A stretch of DNA of 64,000 nucleotides from Candidatus Latescibacterota bacterium. GTDB lineage: Bacteria; Latescibacterota; UBA2968. Shown piece after piece: positions 29,457-40,055 of this stretch. The DNA is taken from NCBI GenBank assembly GCA_965222605.1, contig OZ244960.1, forward strand, positions 4,384,001-4,448,000, in the 5' to 3' direction. The position numbers and the translations under genes are program-made. Below the pieces are notes generated by a model. That model was not told the origin of the DNA, did not search any database, and worked only from the letters and a program-made list of their open reading frames with translations. The stretch's first letter is position 1, and each line of letters opens with the position of its first letter.

Positions 29457-31421
29457 CTAAGCTGGCTCAACCCAATCGCCGCCAGCGCGTATCAGGCCAA
29501 TCAGTTCGTCAACCGCACCTTTTGTGGGAATATTGCGTTTGACGATGTCTTTGCCCTTGTAGAGCGTGATTTTGCCAGAACCACTGCCTACATAACCGTA
29601 ATCGGCGTCAGCCATTTCACCGGGACCGTTGACAATGCAGCCCATAATGCCAATTTTGACGCCTTTGAGGTGGTTGGTGTGGCTTCGAATCAGGGCGGTG
29701 GTTTCCTGCAGGTCGAACAGGGTGCGCCCACACGAAGGGCAGGATATGTATTCGGTTTTGGATATGCGCGTGCGCGTGGCTTGCAAGATGCCAAATGCCG
29801 TGCGGGTGAGGGTGTGGTCGTCTATTTGATTGGATACACTGCTGTACTGACATTCGAGCCACAGGCCATCGCCGAGGCCATCGACGAGCAGTCCACCACA
29901 GTCTGTGGCGGCGTAGAGCATGAAGGCATCATCGGTTGAGTACATTGTTGCGCTATACGTTCGGTGGATGACTATGGGTATGTCGCAATGCCAATCTGCA
30001 AGCATGCAGATTGCGCGGCGCAGTTCGGGCAGGGCGTGGGTGTTGTGGGTTTGCAGGACGAGCACAGCATAAGGATCGGCTTTGAGCGCGCAGATAAGCG
30101 GTGCGTCGAGTTCGACGAGTTCGGCACAGACAAAGGTGATGGGGTCAGATGTATGCTTGGATTGCAAGTATGCAGTTGCAGAAAAAATTGGGTATGCGGT
30201 GGAGGCGGGCGACCAGGCCCGAGCATTTTGAATGACGCCAAGCGTGCCCGGTAGTTCAAAGTCCAGGGTGCGATCGCCGATGTTAATAAAATCAACGGCC
30301 ATGTCGGCAATGTACCATTTGTCGAGCGCCGCGTCGTATGAATAGCCAAAGGGTTGCAGGGATTCGAGGGTGATGGTGCCCTGTGGGGTGGCAATGACGA
30401 TTGGGACATTCGGTTTGCCGATTTTTTCAACCTGTCGCGTTGCGCGGCGCGCGTACGAAAATGGATCGATATGAGATATTTCAATTTCTGGTATTGGCGC
30501 GTGATCGCTGCGGTTGCAATAGCGGGCGACCAGTGTTTGCGCCACGGGGATTTCAGCTTCGGGTTCTTCGGTGAGGGAGACGCGAATGGTGTCGCCCAGG
30601 CCGTCTTCGAGCAGCGCGCCTATGCCCACGGCGGATTTGATGCGCCCATCTTCGCCATCGCCAGCTTCTGTGACCCCCAGATGGAGCGGATAGTTCATGC
30701 CTTCGGCCATCATTTTGTGTACGAGCAGGCGGTAGGCTTGAACCATGATTTGCGGATTGCTGGCTTTCATGGAAAACACGATGTCGTGATAGTCGAGGTC
30801 ATTGCATATCCGCGCAAATTCGAGTGCGGATTCGACCATGCCGAATGGGGTATCGCCAAATCTGCTCATAATGCGGTCTGAGAGCGACCCGTGGTTGGTG
30901 CCAATCCGCATGGCTGTGCCGTATTCTTTGCAGATTTTGACCAGTGGTGCGAATCTGTCGTGGATGCGGTGCAATTCTTCGGCGTATTGTGCATCGGTGT
31001 ATTCGATGATCTGGAATTTTTTTTTGTCGGCATAATTGCCGGGGTTCACGCGCACTTTTTCCACAATTCGGGCGGCAATTTCAGCGGCATTGGGGGTGTA
31101 GTGAATATCGGCTACTAATGGGGTGTTGTAGCCCGCGGCTCTGAGTTTTTTTTGGATGTTTTCGAGGTTGCGGGCTTCGTTTTGGCTGGGTGCTGTTATG
31201 CGCACGTATTCACATCCGGCACGGATCATGCGGATGGACTGGGCGACCGTGCCATCGGTATCCATGGTATCGGTTGTGGTCATTGACTGCACGCGAATGG
31301 GATTGTCGCCGCCGAGTGGCACGTCCCCGATATCGACTTCGCGGGTTTTGAAGCGGGCGTATTCCGTGAGCGAATTGCAGTATTTGCCCGGGGAAACGAG
31401 CAGGTCGCTGGTTATGGACAT
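29457..31421 (-). CDS. ispG: HMBPP synthase, long form
   Basis: VQSMT, RVNPGN, NHGSLS, HLGVTEAG, SCPSCGRT, MGCIVNGPGE. Confidence 0.96.
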   Translation of the reverse strand: MSITSDLLVSPGKYCNSLTEYARFKTREVDIGDVPLGGDNPIRVQSMTTTDTMDTDGTVAQSIRMIRAGCEYVRITAPSQNEARNLENIQKKLRAAGYNTPLVADIHYTPNAAEIAARIVEKVRVNPGNYADKKKFQIIEYTDAQYAEELHRIHDRFAPLVKICKEYGTAMRIGTNHGSLSDRIMSRFGDTPFGMVESALEFARICNDLDYHDIVFSMKASNPQIMVQAYRLLVHKMMAEGMNYPLHLGVTEAGDGEDGRIKSAVGIGALLEDGLGDTIRVSLTEEPEAEIPVAQTLVARYCNRSDHAPIPEIEISHIDPFSYARRATRQVEKIGKPNVPIVIATPQGTITLESLQPFGYSYDAALDKWYIADMAVDFINIGDRTLDFELPGTLGVIQNARAWSPASTAYPIFSATAYLQSKHTSDPITFVCAELVELDAPLICALKADPYAVLVLQTHNTHALPELRRAICMLADWHCDIPIVIHRTYSATMYSTDDAFMLYAATDCGGLLVDGLGDGLWLECQYSSVSNQIDDHTLTRTAFGILQATRTRISKTEYISCPSCGRTLFDLQETTALIRSHTNHLKGVKIGIMGCIVNGPGEMADADYGYVGSGSGKITLYKGKDIVKRNIPTKGAVDELIGLIRAGGDWVEPA

Positions 31422-31442
31422 TGGTCGTCTCTGTGGTTGTGA

Positions 31443-31472
31443 GTAGGGGCGGGTTTCCAAACCCGCCCCTAC
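31443..31472. repeat. GTAG-type REP element
   Basis: GTAGGGGCGGGTTT-CC-AAACCCGCCCCTAC; contains the stop codon of the CvpA gene. Confidence 0.7.
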
Positions 31473-32077
31473 TTGGATTCATCGAGCAGTTCGTTGATTT
31501 TTTTTCGCGCTTCACCGGCTTCTTTGTTCAGCTTTTCAATAAGAGGAGGCGTTTTTTCGATCTGAATGCCCAGTGTTTCGAGCAGGGTTTTTATATCGGG
31601 AAACATGGCTTGCACACCATCGGCAATCACCCGAGCGGATTTTTGAAGCGGTGCTCCTAAGGCGGAATTGTCGATGAATTCGGGCACGCGGCTATGGATG
31701 GGTTTTGCATGTAAAAATATGGCGATCAGACCTAAAATCAATGCGCCTTGAGCCAGCCCCAGAGCTATGCCGCCAAATGCGTCAATCGCGCCCAGGGGAG
31801 AGGTCCGCAGTATTCTGTGAAGGGTGTGGCCCAGGAAAGAGCAGGCGACTAAGACGGCCGCAAATACCACGAGGAACCCGAAGAGCGCAGTGCCTGTGCC
31901 GAGGTCTTCGGTTGTATCTAACAAAGCGCGTGCTGTTGTTTCGCCATAAGTGAGGGCAAAACCATAGGCCAATATCACACTGAGCAGCATGATGAGGCTT
32001 TGTACCAGCCCAATTTGCCATCCTTTCCGAGCGAACCAGAAGAGGCCGAGGGCAAGAATGAGATCGACGATGTTCAT
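31469..32077 (-). CDS. CvpA family membrane protein
   Basis: MNIVDLIL..KGWQIGLV, IDAFGGIALG..G; hydrophobic helices. Confidence 0.85.
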   Translation of the reverse strand: MNIVDLILALGLFWFARKGWQIGLVQSLIMLLSVILAYGFALTYGETTARALLDTTEDLGTGTALFGFLVVFAAVLVACSFLGHTLHRILRTSPLGAIDAFGGIALGLAQGALILGLIAIFLHAKPIHSRVPEFIDNSALGAPLQKSARVIADGVQAMFPDIKTLLETLGIQIEKTPPLIEKLNKEAGEARKKINELLDESK

Positions 32078-32153
32078 TTGATGTGAAAGATGGATATGAA
32101 AAAAGCGATAGCCACCCTGAGTGATTATCGCTTGATCCGAATATGCGAAAGAC

Positions 32154-32351
32154 TTAGCGGGTGTATTGCTGGTCCAATTTGATCCGCTTGCGTCTTGCAG
32201 CGGCAATTTTGCGTTTCCGACGTTCACTCGGTTTTTCGAAATGCTGATTTTTCTTCATGTCGGAAATAACACCGGCTTTTTCGCAGGCCTTTTTGAACCG
32301 CTTGAGTGCTCTTTCGAACGGCTCGTCGTCACGTACGAGGACACCAGGCAT
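32154..32351 (-). CDS. rpsU: 30S ribosomal protein S21
   Basis: EPFERALKRFKK..HFEKPS. Confidence 0.96.
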   Translation of the reverse strand: MPGVLVRDDEPFERALKRFKKACEKAGVISDMKKNQHFEKPSERRKRKIAAARRKRIKLDQQYTR

Positions 32352-32600
32352 GCCTGGATCACCCCTTTCTCTTGTGAATGTGGTGAATTACCAAAACGAA
32401 TTTCAGTATAACATATAAAATGTCCCGCACTTTTGCAACCCGTTTTTCCCCATCGGCCACTCACTACGACGTATGTTATACGTCTCGAACGCGCTCGTAA
32501 AAAAACGTCTTTGTTCATTTCAAGACGTTTTTTATTTTTAATGCGGGATTTTGAGGCTTTGGTTTTGAATGGGAACTGAAAAAAGCGTCGGGCGTTTTGG

Positions 32601-33944
32601 ATGGGGGGAAAGGACCACAAAACGGAGGGGCGAATGCAACTCAAAAATAAAAACAAGATCGGCGGCGAGATCAAGACCTTGCACTTACGCCTATCCAGTC
32701 AGAGTTTTTTAACGGCTTATTTTTTTCTTTTGGCGGTTATCATCGTCATCGCATTCCTCATTTATACACAGCTTTACGTTGTGCAACCCATGCGGCAAGA
32801 AGCCAGGCGCATGGGAAAATTCTACGCGTTTATGCACAGTGTGACTACGTTGGACACAATTGAGGTCAAGGGATTTTATAAGGATGTCATTTTTGATACT
32901 GTCCAGAATCCCAATTTTCCGGTCGTAATCACAGACGAACAGGGTATTCCTCGATACTGGAAAGCGATTGGCATTCCCCCCTTTGGCGACCACCCCCCCG
33001 AGAAGCTGGGCAAGGTGATGGATAAAGCTTACGCTCTCGATTTAGAAAACGATCCGTTACCCTTTGAATATCCCGGATCGGAATGGGGTCCGGATAAAAA
33101 ACCCGTTAAGAGGGAACCGGAAATCTGGCAGTTGCACTGGGGTGCGTCCGCACTGGAGAAGCGTTTGAACTGGTTGCCCTGGGTTGCTTTGGGGGTGACA
33201 ATCGTATTTACTGGAGGTGGGTATCTCGGATTTCGGTATATTAAGAACAGAGAACAGCGATCTATCTGGGTGGGGATGGCGAGAGAAACAGCCCATCAGT
33301 TGGGAACGCCGCTGTCTTCGCTGTACGGTTGGTTGGCGTTGTTGAAGGACGAGTTGGATGCAGAGGGTGATGGAGAGAGTAGTCAAAGGCTTAAAAATAT
33401 TCTGGGAGAGATGGATCGGGATACGAGTCGATTGGACAAGATCGCTTCTCGCTTTAGTCTGATTGGTTCCACGCCCGAATTGCGATTGGATCAGGTGCGC
33501 GACGTGGTGGCTGAAACAGCGGGTTATCTGCGCGCGCGCTTGCCAGATAATGTGCAAATTGTAGAGGAACTGGACGATGTGCCGGTTGTTCCGCTCAATC
33601 GGGAGCTTTTGGGATGGGCGTTTGAAAATCTCTTCAGAAATGCAGCCGATGCGATGGAAGGGAGAGGGGGCCGCATTGATATATCGTCGCGCGTAGAGGA
33701 ACACCGGGTGGTTATTGAGGTGCGCGATACGGGAAAAGGCATACCTTCGCATATGTTAAAGCAGGTCTTTTTGCCGGGTATCAGCACCAAGAGACGCGGG
33801 TGGGGACTTGGTCTGGCATTTGTGAAACGCATTGTGGAAGACTATCACAGCGGAAAAGTATCTATCAAAGAAAGTGTGCCAGGTCAGGGTACGACATTTG
33901 TCATTTTACTGCCTTTGTCTCCGGCAGATTTAGATGACTCATAA
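32601..33944 (+). CDS. Sensor histidine kinase (PorY-like; start uncertain)
   Basis: Two TM helices, ETAHQLGTP H-box, N/G1/G2 boxes, STKRRGWGLGL. Confidence 0.88.
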   Translation: MGGKDHKTEGRMQLKNKNKIGGEIKTLHLRLSSQSFLTAYFFLLAVIIVIAFLIYTQLYVVQPMRQEARRMGKFYAFMHSVTTLDTIEVKGFYKDVIFDTVQNPNFPVVITDEQGIPRYWKAIGIPPFGDHPPEKLGKVMDKAYALDLENDPLPFEYPGSEWGPDKKPVKREPEIWQLHWGASALEKRLNWLPWVALGVTIVFTGGGYLGFRYIKNREQRSIWVGMARETAHQLGTPLSSLYGWLALLKDELDAEGDGESSQRLKNILGEMDRDTSRLDKIASRFSLIGSTPELRLDQVRDVVAETAGYLRARLPDNVQIVEELDDVPVVPLNRELLGWAFENLFRNAADAMEGRGGRIDISSRVEEHRVVIEVRDTGKGIPSHMLKQVFLPGISTKRRGWGLGLAFVKRIVEDYHSGKVSIKESVPGQGTTFVILLPLSPADLDDS

Positions 33945-33967
33945 TCCTTTATCAATCAACAAAAGAG

Positions 33968-35542
33968 GTGCATGTGAACCAAACGCAAGAAGCCAAGCAG
34001 ATTTTGTGGGCAGATGACGAGATCGATTTGTTGCGACCCCATCAAATTTTTCTCAAAGATCGGGGATATGATATAACCCCTGTGACCAATGGCGACGATG
34101 CCATTGCGATGATTCAGAAACGCGGATTTGATGCTGTATTGCTCGATGAAATGATGGCTGGACGAGATGGGTTGTCAACTCTGGCGGCGATTAAGGATAT
34201 CAATCCGCATATTCCGGTTATTATGATTACGAAAAACGAAGAAGAACGGTTGATGGAACAGGCCATTGGACAGCGGATTGACGATTATTTGACCAAGCCC
34301 GTGAATCCGAGTCAGATTTTGCTGGCGTGCAAAAAATTGCTCGATACACGTCAAATTCAAAAAGACCGCATGGGTCTGGACTATGCGGCTGCATCCAACA
34401 GGTTGCGCGAGTCTCTCATACTGGCTGATTCGTGGCGAGATTGGATCGATCTTCACGTGCGTCTGTCTGAGTGGGATTTGGAATTGGACCGCTTTTACGA
34501 TCCGGGCTTGCGCACTATGCACGACGATTTGCGCCGCGCCTGCAATTTGGCGTTTGGCAAGTTTATCGAGGATAATTACAGCCAGTGGGTGCAAGACGAA
34601 GAAGATTCACCCACGCTTTCTGTGGATATTGTATCCGAATTTGTCGCGCCCTGTGTGCAAGATGAGCAACAGGTGTTTTTTGTGGTGGTCGATTGTATGC
34701 GATTGGATCACTGGCTTGCCATTTTGCCGTTGTTGTCCGATATTTTTGATATTGAACAACACCACTACTACTCTATTTTGCCCACTGCGACGCCGTATTC
34801 TCGCAATGCCATTTTTAGCGGCCTTTTTCCCATTGACCTCGCGGCATTGTATCCCGATGAGTGGCAAGTTGCGCGCGACGACGACATGAGTCGCAATCGA
34901 CACGAGCACCAATTGCTTGACCAACAGCTCGAAGAAATTGATCCGACATTGAATTTGGATACGCGCTACGTCAAAATACTGGATATTGCAGAGGGCAACA
35001 GGCTGGCAAAAAAGGTGCATTCGTACCGTTCTTTTCCGCTTATGTCGGTTGTGGTCAATTTTCTGGATATGCTCACGCACGGTCGTTCCGAATCCGAATT
35101 ATTGCAAGAGATGGCGCCCAATGAGTCTGCTTATCGGTCTTTGACGCGGTCGTGGTTTTCGCATTCTTCTCTTTTTGAGATGTTGCGCAAGCTGTCCGAG
35201 ACCGACTCGACAGTGGTGTTGACGACAGATCACGGCTGTATGCTGAGTAGTCGGGCTTCTCTGGCTTATGGCAATCGGGATACTTCGACGGGGATTCGCT
35301 TCAAATACGGCAAAAATTTGCGATGCGATAACCGTCACGCGATGCATATTCGAGATCTCAAGGCTTTTGGCCTGCCGAGTGTGGGGCAAGGGACTAATTA
35401 CATTATTTGTAGGGAAGATTACTTTTTTGTGTATCCCACCAATTTCAATGAGTACCAGGCCAAATACGCCAATAGTTTTCAACACGGGGGGATCTCCCTC
35501 GAAGAGTGTATTTTGCCGGTTGCTATTATGCGCGGAAAATAA
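33968..35542 (+). CDS. PorX-like response regulator with PglZ domain
   Basis: ILWADDEID, VDCMRLD, ILPTATPYSRNAIF, TDHG, FQHGGIS. Confidence 0.9.
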   Translation: MHVNQTQEAKQILWADDEIDLLRPHQIFLKDRGYDITPVTNGDDAIAMIQKRGFDAVLLDEMMAGRDGLSTLAAIKDINPHIPVIMITKNEEERLMEQAIGQRIDDYLTKPVNPSQILLACKKLLDTRQIQKDRMGLDYAAASNRLRESLILADSWRDWIDLHVRLSEWDLELDRFYDPGLRTMHDDLRRACNLAFGKFIEDNYSQWVQDEEDSPTLSVDIVSEFVAPCVQDEQQVFFVVVDCMRLDHWLAILPLLSDIFDIEQHHYYSILPTATPYSRNAIFSGLFPIDLAALYPDEWQVARDDDMSRNRHEHQLLDQQLEEIDPTLNLDTRYVKILDIAEGNRLAKKVHSYRSFPLMSVVVNFLDMLTHGRSESELLQEMAPNESAYRSLTRSWFSHSSLFEMLRKLSETDSTVVLTTDHGCMLSSRASLAYGNRDTSTGIRFKYGKNLRCDNRHAMHIRDLKAFGLPSVGQGTNYIICREDYFFVYPTNFNEYQAKYANSFQHGGISLEECILPVAIMRGK

Positions 35543-35551
35543 TCGGGCACT

Positions 35552-36025
35552 ATGTCAAATAGAACGATCACACGGGTATCTTCGTCGCCCGATCAAACAC
35601 ATCGGTTTGGACGCGATCTCGCGGCACAGCTCGATCCGGGCGATTGCGTTGCTCTGACAGGAGATTTGGGCAGTGGTAAAACCTGTTTTGTACAGGGTGT
35701 TTGCGCGGGTTTGAATGTGATCGATTATGTGACGAGTCCGACTTTTGTAATCGTTAACGAATACGCGGGGGTTTCGCCCGATGGAAGGCCGATGCCGGTG
35801 TATCACTTTGATCTTTATCGGTTGGGCAGTCCCGGCGAACTCTATGAGATTGGGTGCGATGATTTATTTTTCGGCGAGGGTGTGTGTTTGATTGAGTGGG
35901 CAGATTTGGGGGGCGATTTGATTCCCGACTATGCTATTGATGTGCATTTTGCCCATGCGGGGGAGATGATTCGGAACCTGACGATCTCGACCAGGACGAG
36001 GTTGTACACCGCTTCAGAGGGATGA
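35552..36025 (+). CDS. tsaE: t6A biosynthesis ATPase
   Basis: GDLGSGKT, SPTF, HFDLYRL, IEW. Confidence 0.93.
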   Translation: MSNRTITRVSSSPDQTHRFGRDLAAQLDPGDCVALTGDLGSGKTCFVQGVCAGLNVIDYVTSPTFVIVNEYAGVSPDGRPMPVYHFDLYRLGSPGELYEIGCDDLFFGEGVCLIEWADLGGDLIPDYAIDVHFAHAGEMIRNLTISTRTRLYTASEG

Positions 36026-36026
36026 C

Positions 36027-36824
36027 GTGTTAAAAAAAAGATATAATTGCAGACCCATTTGGATGTGCCGGTTCCTGCACGGTACGCTTGCCATGTGCGT
36101 TTACGTTATGGCGTTTGCACCGGTTTGGGCACAGCAAGACTTACAGCCGCGGCAATTGGTTGAAGCCCCCACGGCGGGTTTGTTGCCCAGTCGCAGTTTG
36201 GGGTTGGATCTTCGCTTTTATGGAGACGATGGCATTTTGGGCGGTGTATCGGTCGGCTTGTTCAGCCGGGGTATGGTTGGGGTGTCTTTTGGCGGAAGCG
36301 ATCTTTTGGGCAACGAGGCGGTGAATTTAAACCCGCGGGTCGAATTTTCAGGCCGCCTGCGGGTGCTTGAAGAGGGATATACAATCCCGGCTCTGGCAGT
36401 GGGTTATACATCGCAGGGATACGGTATGTACGATGATGAGTTGAAGCGCTATACCCGCAAGTCCAAGGGTGTTTATGTCGTTGCCAGCAAAAATTTCAGG
36501 TTGCCTTTGGGGCATACGGGTCTGCACATTGGCGCGAACCGAAGTTTTGAAGACGGCGATGGCGATGATGATTTTACGGGTTATGTCGGGGTAGATACAG
36601 GGGTTGGGAAATATGTGGTGGCTGTGGCGGAATACGATTTTGGATTGAACGATAATTCGGACGATAGCCTGGGTTCTGGAAAGGGATTTTTAAATGCCGG
36701 TATCAGATGGACGCTGTCTGGGACATTTGCTCTGGAATTTGATTTGAAGAATATCTTCCGCAATGGCATGCAAAATCCACATCCCGATCGGGAACTTCGC
36801 ATTGCGTATTTTGGAAAATTTTGA
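36027..36824 (+). CDS. Outer-membrane beta-barrel (YjbH-like); true start probably downstream
   Basis: Signal-like segment, PTAGLL, amphipathic strands, C-terminal F. Confidence 0.6.
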   Translation: MLKKRYNCRPIWMCRFLHGTLAMCVYVMAFAPVWAQQDLQPRQLVEAPTAGLLPSRSLGLDLRFYGDDGILGGVSVGLFSRGMVGVSFGGSDLLGNEAVNLNPRVEFSGRLRVLEEGYTIPALAVGYTSQGYGMYDDELKRYTRKSKGVYVVASKNFRLPLGHTGLHIGANRSFEDGDGDDDFTGYVGVDTGVGKYVVAVAEYDFGLNDNSDDSLGSGKGFLNAGIRWTLSGTFALEFDLKNIFRNGMQNPHPDRELRIAYFGKF

Positions 36825-36842
36825 TTTTTTTCAGGAGAAGGT

Positions 36843-37841
36843 ATGAAACGCCTGATCGCTGTTTTGAACGTCTTTTTGTTTTTGGTTCCACTTCAAGCCG
36901 AGGAAGAAATGTCTCGCCGCCCGGTTGCAACCTATTCTATTGTCGCCCGCGATTCAACCACAGGACAACTCGGTGTGGCCGTGCAATCGCACTGGTTTTC
37001 TGTTGGGCCCATTGTCCCCTGGGTTGAACCCGGTGTGGGGGCTGTGGCTACGCAATCTCTGGTCGATCCGGCTTATGGGCCGCTCGGTCTGAATCTGATG
37101 CGGATGGGGCGCACGGCTCCCGAAGCGCTCAAAGCACTCGTTTCGACGGATGAGGGTGCCGAAATACGCCAGGTTGCAATGGTTGACGCCAATGGCAATG
37201 TTGCCGCTCATACGGGCAAGCGCGCCATTTATGCCGCCGGACATCAAACCGGTACACAGTATTCGGTGCAGGCCAATCTCATGGAAAAACCCACGGTTTG
37301 GGCTGCGATGAGCAAAGCCTATGAGTCTTCTACAGGCGACCTGGCCGAACGCATGCTTGCAGCTCTTGAAGCAGCAGAAGCCGAAGGCGGCGATATTCGC
37401 GGTCGGCAATCGGCTGCTATTCTCATTGTGGGTCCCGAAAATACAAATAGGCCATGGGCAGATCGCCTTTTTGATCTCCGCGTTGAAGACCATCCCAATC
37501 CCGTTGCCGAGTTGCGCCGGCTCGTCACCTTGCAACGCGCCTATCTCAAGCTCAACGAGGGCGATGAATGGATTGGCAAAGGCGATATCGAAAAAGCATT
37601 TGCCGCCTATCGCACGGCCACCGAGATCGTGCCCGACAAAGCCACCAATGGCGAGGCCGCCTTCTGGGTTGGCGTGACTCTTGCCGAGAAGGGCAAACCC
37701 GATCAGGCGATTCCCTATCTCGCCCGAGCATACAAACAGGACAAACGCTGGGCCGAGCTGCTCCCACGCCTTCCCGCTTCCGAACTCCTGCCCGACGATC
37801 CCGATCTCATCAACCGTCTGGTGCAGGGTATGAAAGAGTGA
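36843..37841 (+). CDS. DUF1028 (Ntn-hydrolase-like) protein with C-terminal TPR
   Basis: TYSIVARD..GVAVQS, GGDIRGRQSAA, DLRVEDH. Confidence 0.85.
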   Translation: MKRLIAVLNVFLFLVPLQAEEEMSRRPVATYSIVARDSTTGQLGVAVQSHWFSVGPIVPWVEPGVGAVATQSLVDPAYGPLGLNLMRMGRTAPEALKALVSTDEGAEIRQVAMVDANGNVAAHTGKRAIYAAGHQTGTQYSVQANLMEKPTVWAAMSKAYESSTGDLAERMLAALEAAEAEGGDIRGRQSAAILIVGPENTNRPWADRLFDLRVEDHPNPVAELRRLVTLQRAYLKLNEGDEWIGKGDIEKAFAAYRTATEIVPDKATNGEAAFWVGVTLAEKGKPDQAIPYLARAYKQDKRWAELLPRLPASELLPDDPDLINRLVQGMKE

Positions 37842-37845
37842 GTTT

Positions 37846-38304
37846 TTACCATCCCTCTCTCATCCACTCAAACATTTTGTAGTGGTTGCCATCCATTCCC
37901 ATTGCGTTATAAGTTTTTTGCGCCCGTTCGTTTTCCCGTTCGACATATAGCCTGAGTCCGCGCAAGTCGGCAGATTGCTCGACTGTGGTCTTCAGGGTTT
38001 CATACATCATCCGAAAAATACCGCGCCGCCGTACTCTGGGAATCACATAGACCGAGTGAATCCACAATACTGTTCCGTTGCGCCAGTCACTCCATTCGGG
38101 GACGGTGAGCAAGCAGCCGACGACTTCATTGTCTGACTCAGCAATCCAATACGCCCCCTTGTGCTGATCGTCAAAAACGGCGTGTACGCCTTTTTCAACG
38201 GTTGGGCGATCCAGTGCAAAGTCTTCTGTTTCTTTTGCCATCCGGATTTGAAAATCTATGATATTGGATGCGTCTTTTCGTCGCCCCCGACGAATCTCAA
38301 TCAT
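37846..38304 (-). CDS. GNAT N-acetyltransferase
   Basis: EWSDWRNG, SVYV..RRRGIF, LRLYVE.EN. Confidence 0.9.
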   Translation of the reverse strand: MIEIRRGRRKDASNIIDFQIRMAKETEDFALDRPTVEKGVHAVFDDQHKGAYWIAESDNEVVGCLLTVPEWSDWRNGTVLWIHSVYVIPRVRRRGIFRMMYETLKTTVEQSADLRGLRLYVERENERAQKTYNAMGMDGNHYKMFEWMREGW

Positions 38305-39038
38305 AACCCCTTCTTCCATTTGCGATATAGCGCGAATGTTTCTTCATCTGGCGGATAGTATTTGCCCGGCGAGAGGTTTTCCGTGTCCAGGCGTCTTCTG
38401 ATCCATTCTTCGAGGTCGTCGTATTCAATCGCTTTTTGAGCCATTTCCGGCGCGACTTTGCGCGGGATGACGACTACGCCGTCGTCGTCGGCCACGATGT
38501 AGTCCCCCGGTCTGACGAGGACGCCATCGACGTGTACCCAATCATTGGTCGAATAAGGCGTTCCAACGCGGGTGCCGAGGTTTGATGTTTTGCCATATCC
38601 CCACAGCATAATGCCATAGTCTGTGACGGTGTGCATGTCGCGGATGCCGCCATCGCAGATCAGACCATCTACGCCCCGCTGTTTTAAGCGAAGGAATTTG
38701 ATGTCTCCGCCAATGGACATCAATTTGGTGCGCATGGATTCCATGACGATGACGTCGCCTGGCCCGGCGAGTTCAAAAGCGGCGTATTCAGGGGATTCTT
38801 CGCCGCCCGGTTTTTCTTCGTCGGCGTCGGGGCGTGAGGGCACAAAGCGCACGGTGACTGCTCTGGCGACCAATCGCTTCCCGGGGTTCATGGTTTGCAG
38901 ATTGGGCATATACGTGTACCGCGCGTCGTAGCCATTGCGAGCGAGCACATCGACCACAGCGGTTGTGTTCACGCGCTTGAGTGCTTCTCGCGTCGCTTTG
39001 TCCAGTACGTGATCGGGGGTGGGTTGTACAATTGCCAT
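38301..39038 (-). CDS. RraA/HMG aldolase family protein
   Basis: DGGIRD, VRPGDYIVADDDGVVVIP. Confidence 0.85.
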   Translation of the reverse strand: MAIVQPTPDHVLDKATREALKRVNTTAVVDVLARNGYDARYTYMPNLQTMNPGKRLVARAVTVRFVPSRPDADEEKPGGEESPEYAAFELAGPGDVIVMESMRTKLMSIGGDIKFLRLKQRGVDGLICDGGIRDMHTVTDYGIMLWGYGKTSNLGTRVGTPYSTNDWVHVDGVLVRPGDYIVADDDGVVVIPRKVAPEMAQKAIEYDDLEEWIRRRLDTENLSPGKYYPPDEETFALYRKWKKGL

Positions 39039-39052
39039 ATATTCTCCTGTTT

Positions 39053-40042
39053 TTATGTCCGCGAAACGCTCTCGTTTTCGACTGCCTGGATCAACGCAAT
39101 GATGTACCCAAATTGGAATGCCCAGGCCTGGGTCACGCGGCTCGAGACGCCTTCGGGAGCCGTGTCGTCGGGGTGGCGAGGGGCGTGGTCGGGCATGAGC
39201 ATGTACGGATAGCTGGCCTGGTGTAAAGCTTTTACAATCTCGTACATGTTGACGTCGCCTTCATCTGGCCAGGTCTCGCAAAAGTCGTGCAGGCCCCCGC
39301 GGATGTTTCTGAAATGCACGTTGAAGATTTTTTTTCTTTCTGCGAAATATTTGATGATGGGCGGGAGTTCTTCGGCAGGATTTTCCAATCCTTCGGCGGC
39401 CACACCGCAGCAGAAATTGAATCCGTGATAGGGGCTGTCAACCAGTTCGCTGAATCGCTTCAGGCCTTCAAATACGGGATAATTCCACTTTTCTACGCCG
39501 TTTAGCACGGGTGCTGGCGGGTCGTTGAGGTGGCATGCTATCTGAATTTTGTATTCTTCGGCGACGGGTATCACGCGTTCCAGAAAGTACGCTGCGCGTT
39601 CAAAAGCCTCTTCTCGGCTCACGGGACCGATTTCGGTGAGGGTGTCGTTGTCGTATTCAGAGAGCACAAAGGAGCTATATGTTGTTCCGCCGCGACCCGG
39701 CCTGCGTCCGGTGCGTTGTACAAGACCGCCCGAGGGTGCGCGCAAGACGCAGAAGTTGTAGTTCAGACCGCGCAGCCCGGCTTTGTGCGCGTTTTCGATG
39801 TATTGACAGAACAGGTCGATGTCTCTGTCGCGCTGCGGGTCTTTTGCCATGGGGATGCTGTCCATTGGGGGGACGTGAACCATTTCGAGTTCGACCTCAT
39901 AAGCGGCGGCTTCTTCTCTGTGCTGCGTGAGAGTATCGGCATCCATGCCATCTACTGTGGCGTCAAAATGGGTGACGCCATGGCGCGATAGAAATTCCAT
40001 TTCTATTTTTGATGTGCCAAAATACTGTGTGCCTACATACAT
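39053..40042 (-). CDS. Mannonate dehydratase family protein
   Basis: YNF, HLNDPP, NFCCG, VHFRNI, DEGD, MPDH. Confidence 0.8.
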   Translation of the reverse strand: MYVGTQYFGTSKIEMEFLSRHGVTHFDATVDGMDADTLTQHREEAAAYEVELEMVHVPPMDSIPMAKDPQRDRDIDLFCQYIENAHKAGLRGLNYNFCVLRAPSGGLVQRTGRRPGRGGTTYSSFVLSEYDNDTLTEIGPVSREEAFERAAYFLERVIPVAEEYKIQIACHLNDPPAPVLNGVEKWNYPVFEGLKRFSELVDSPYHGFNFCCGVAAEGLENPAEELPPIIKYFAERKKIFNVHFRNIRGGLHDFCETWPDEGDVNMYEIVKALHQASYPYMLMPDHAPRHPDDTAPEGVSSRVTQAWAFQFGYIIALIQAVENESVSRT

Positions 40043-40055
40043 GATGGGTGTCCTT

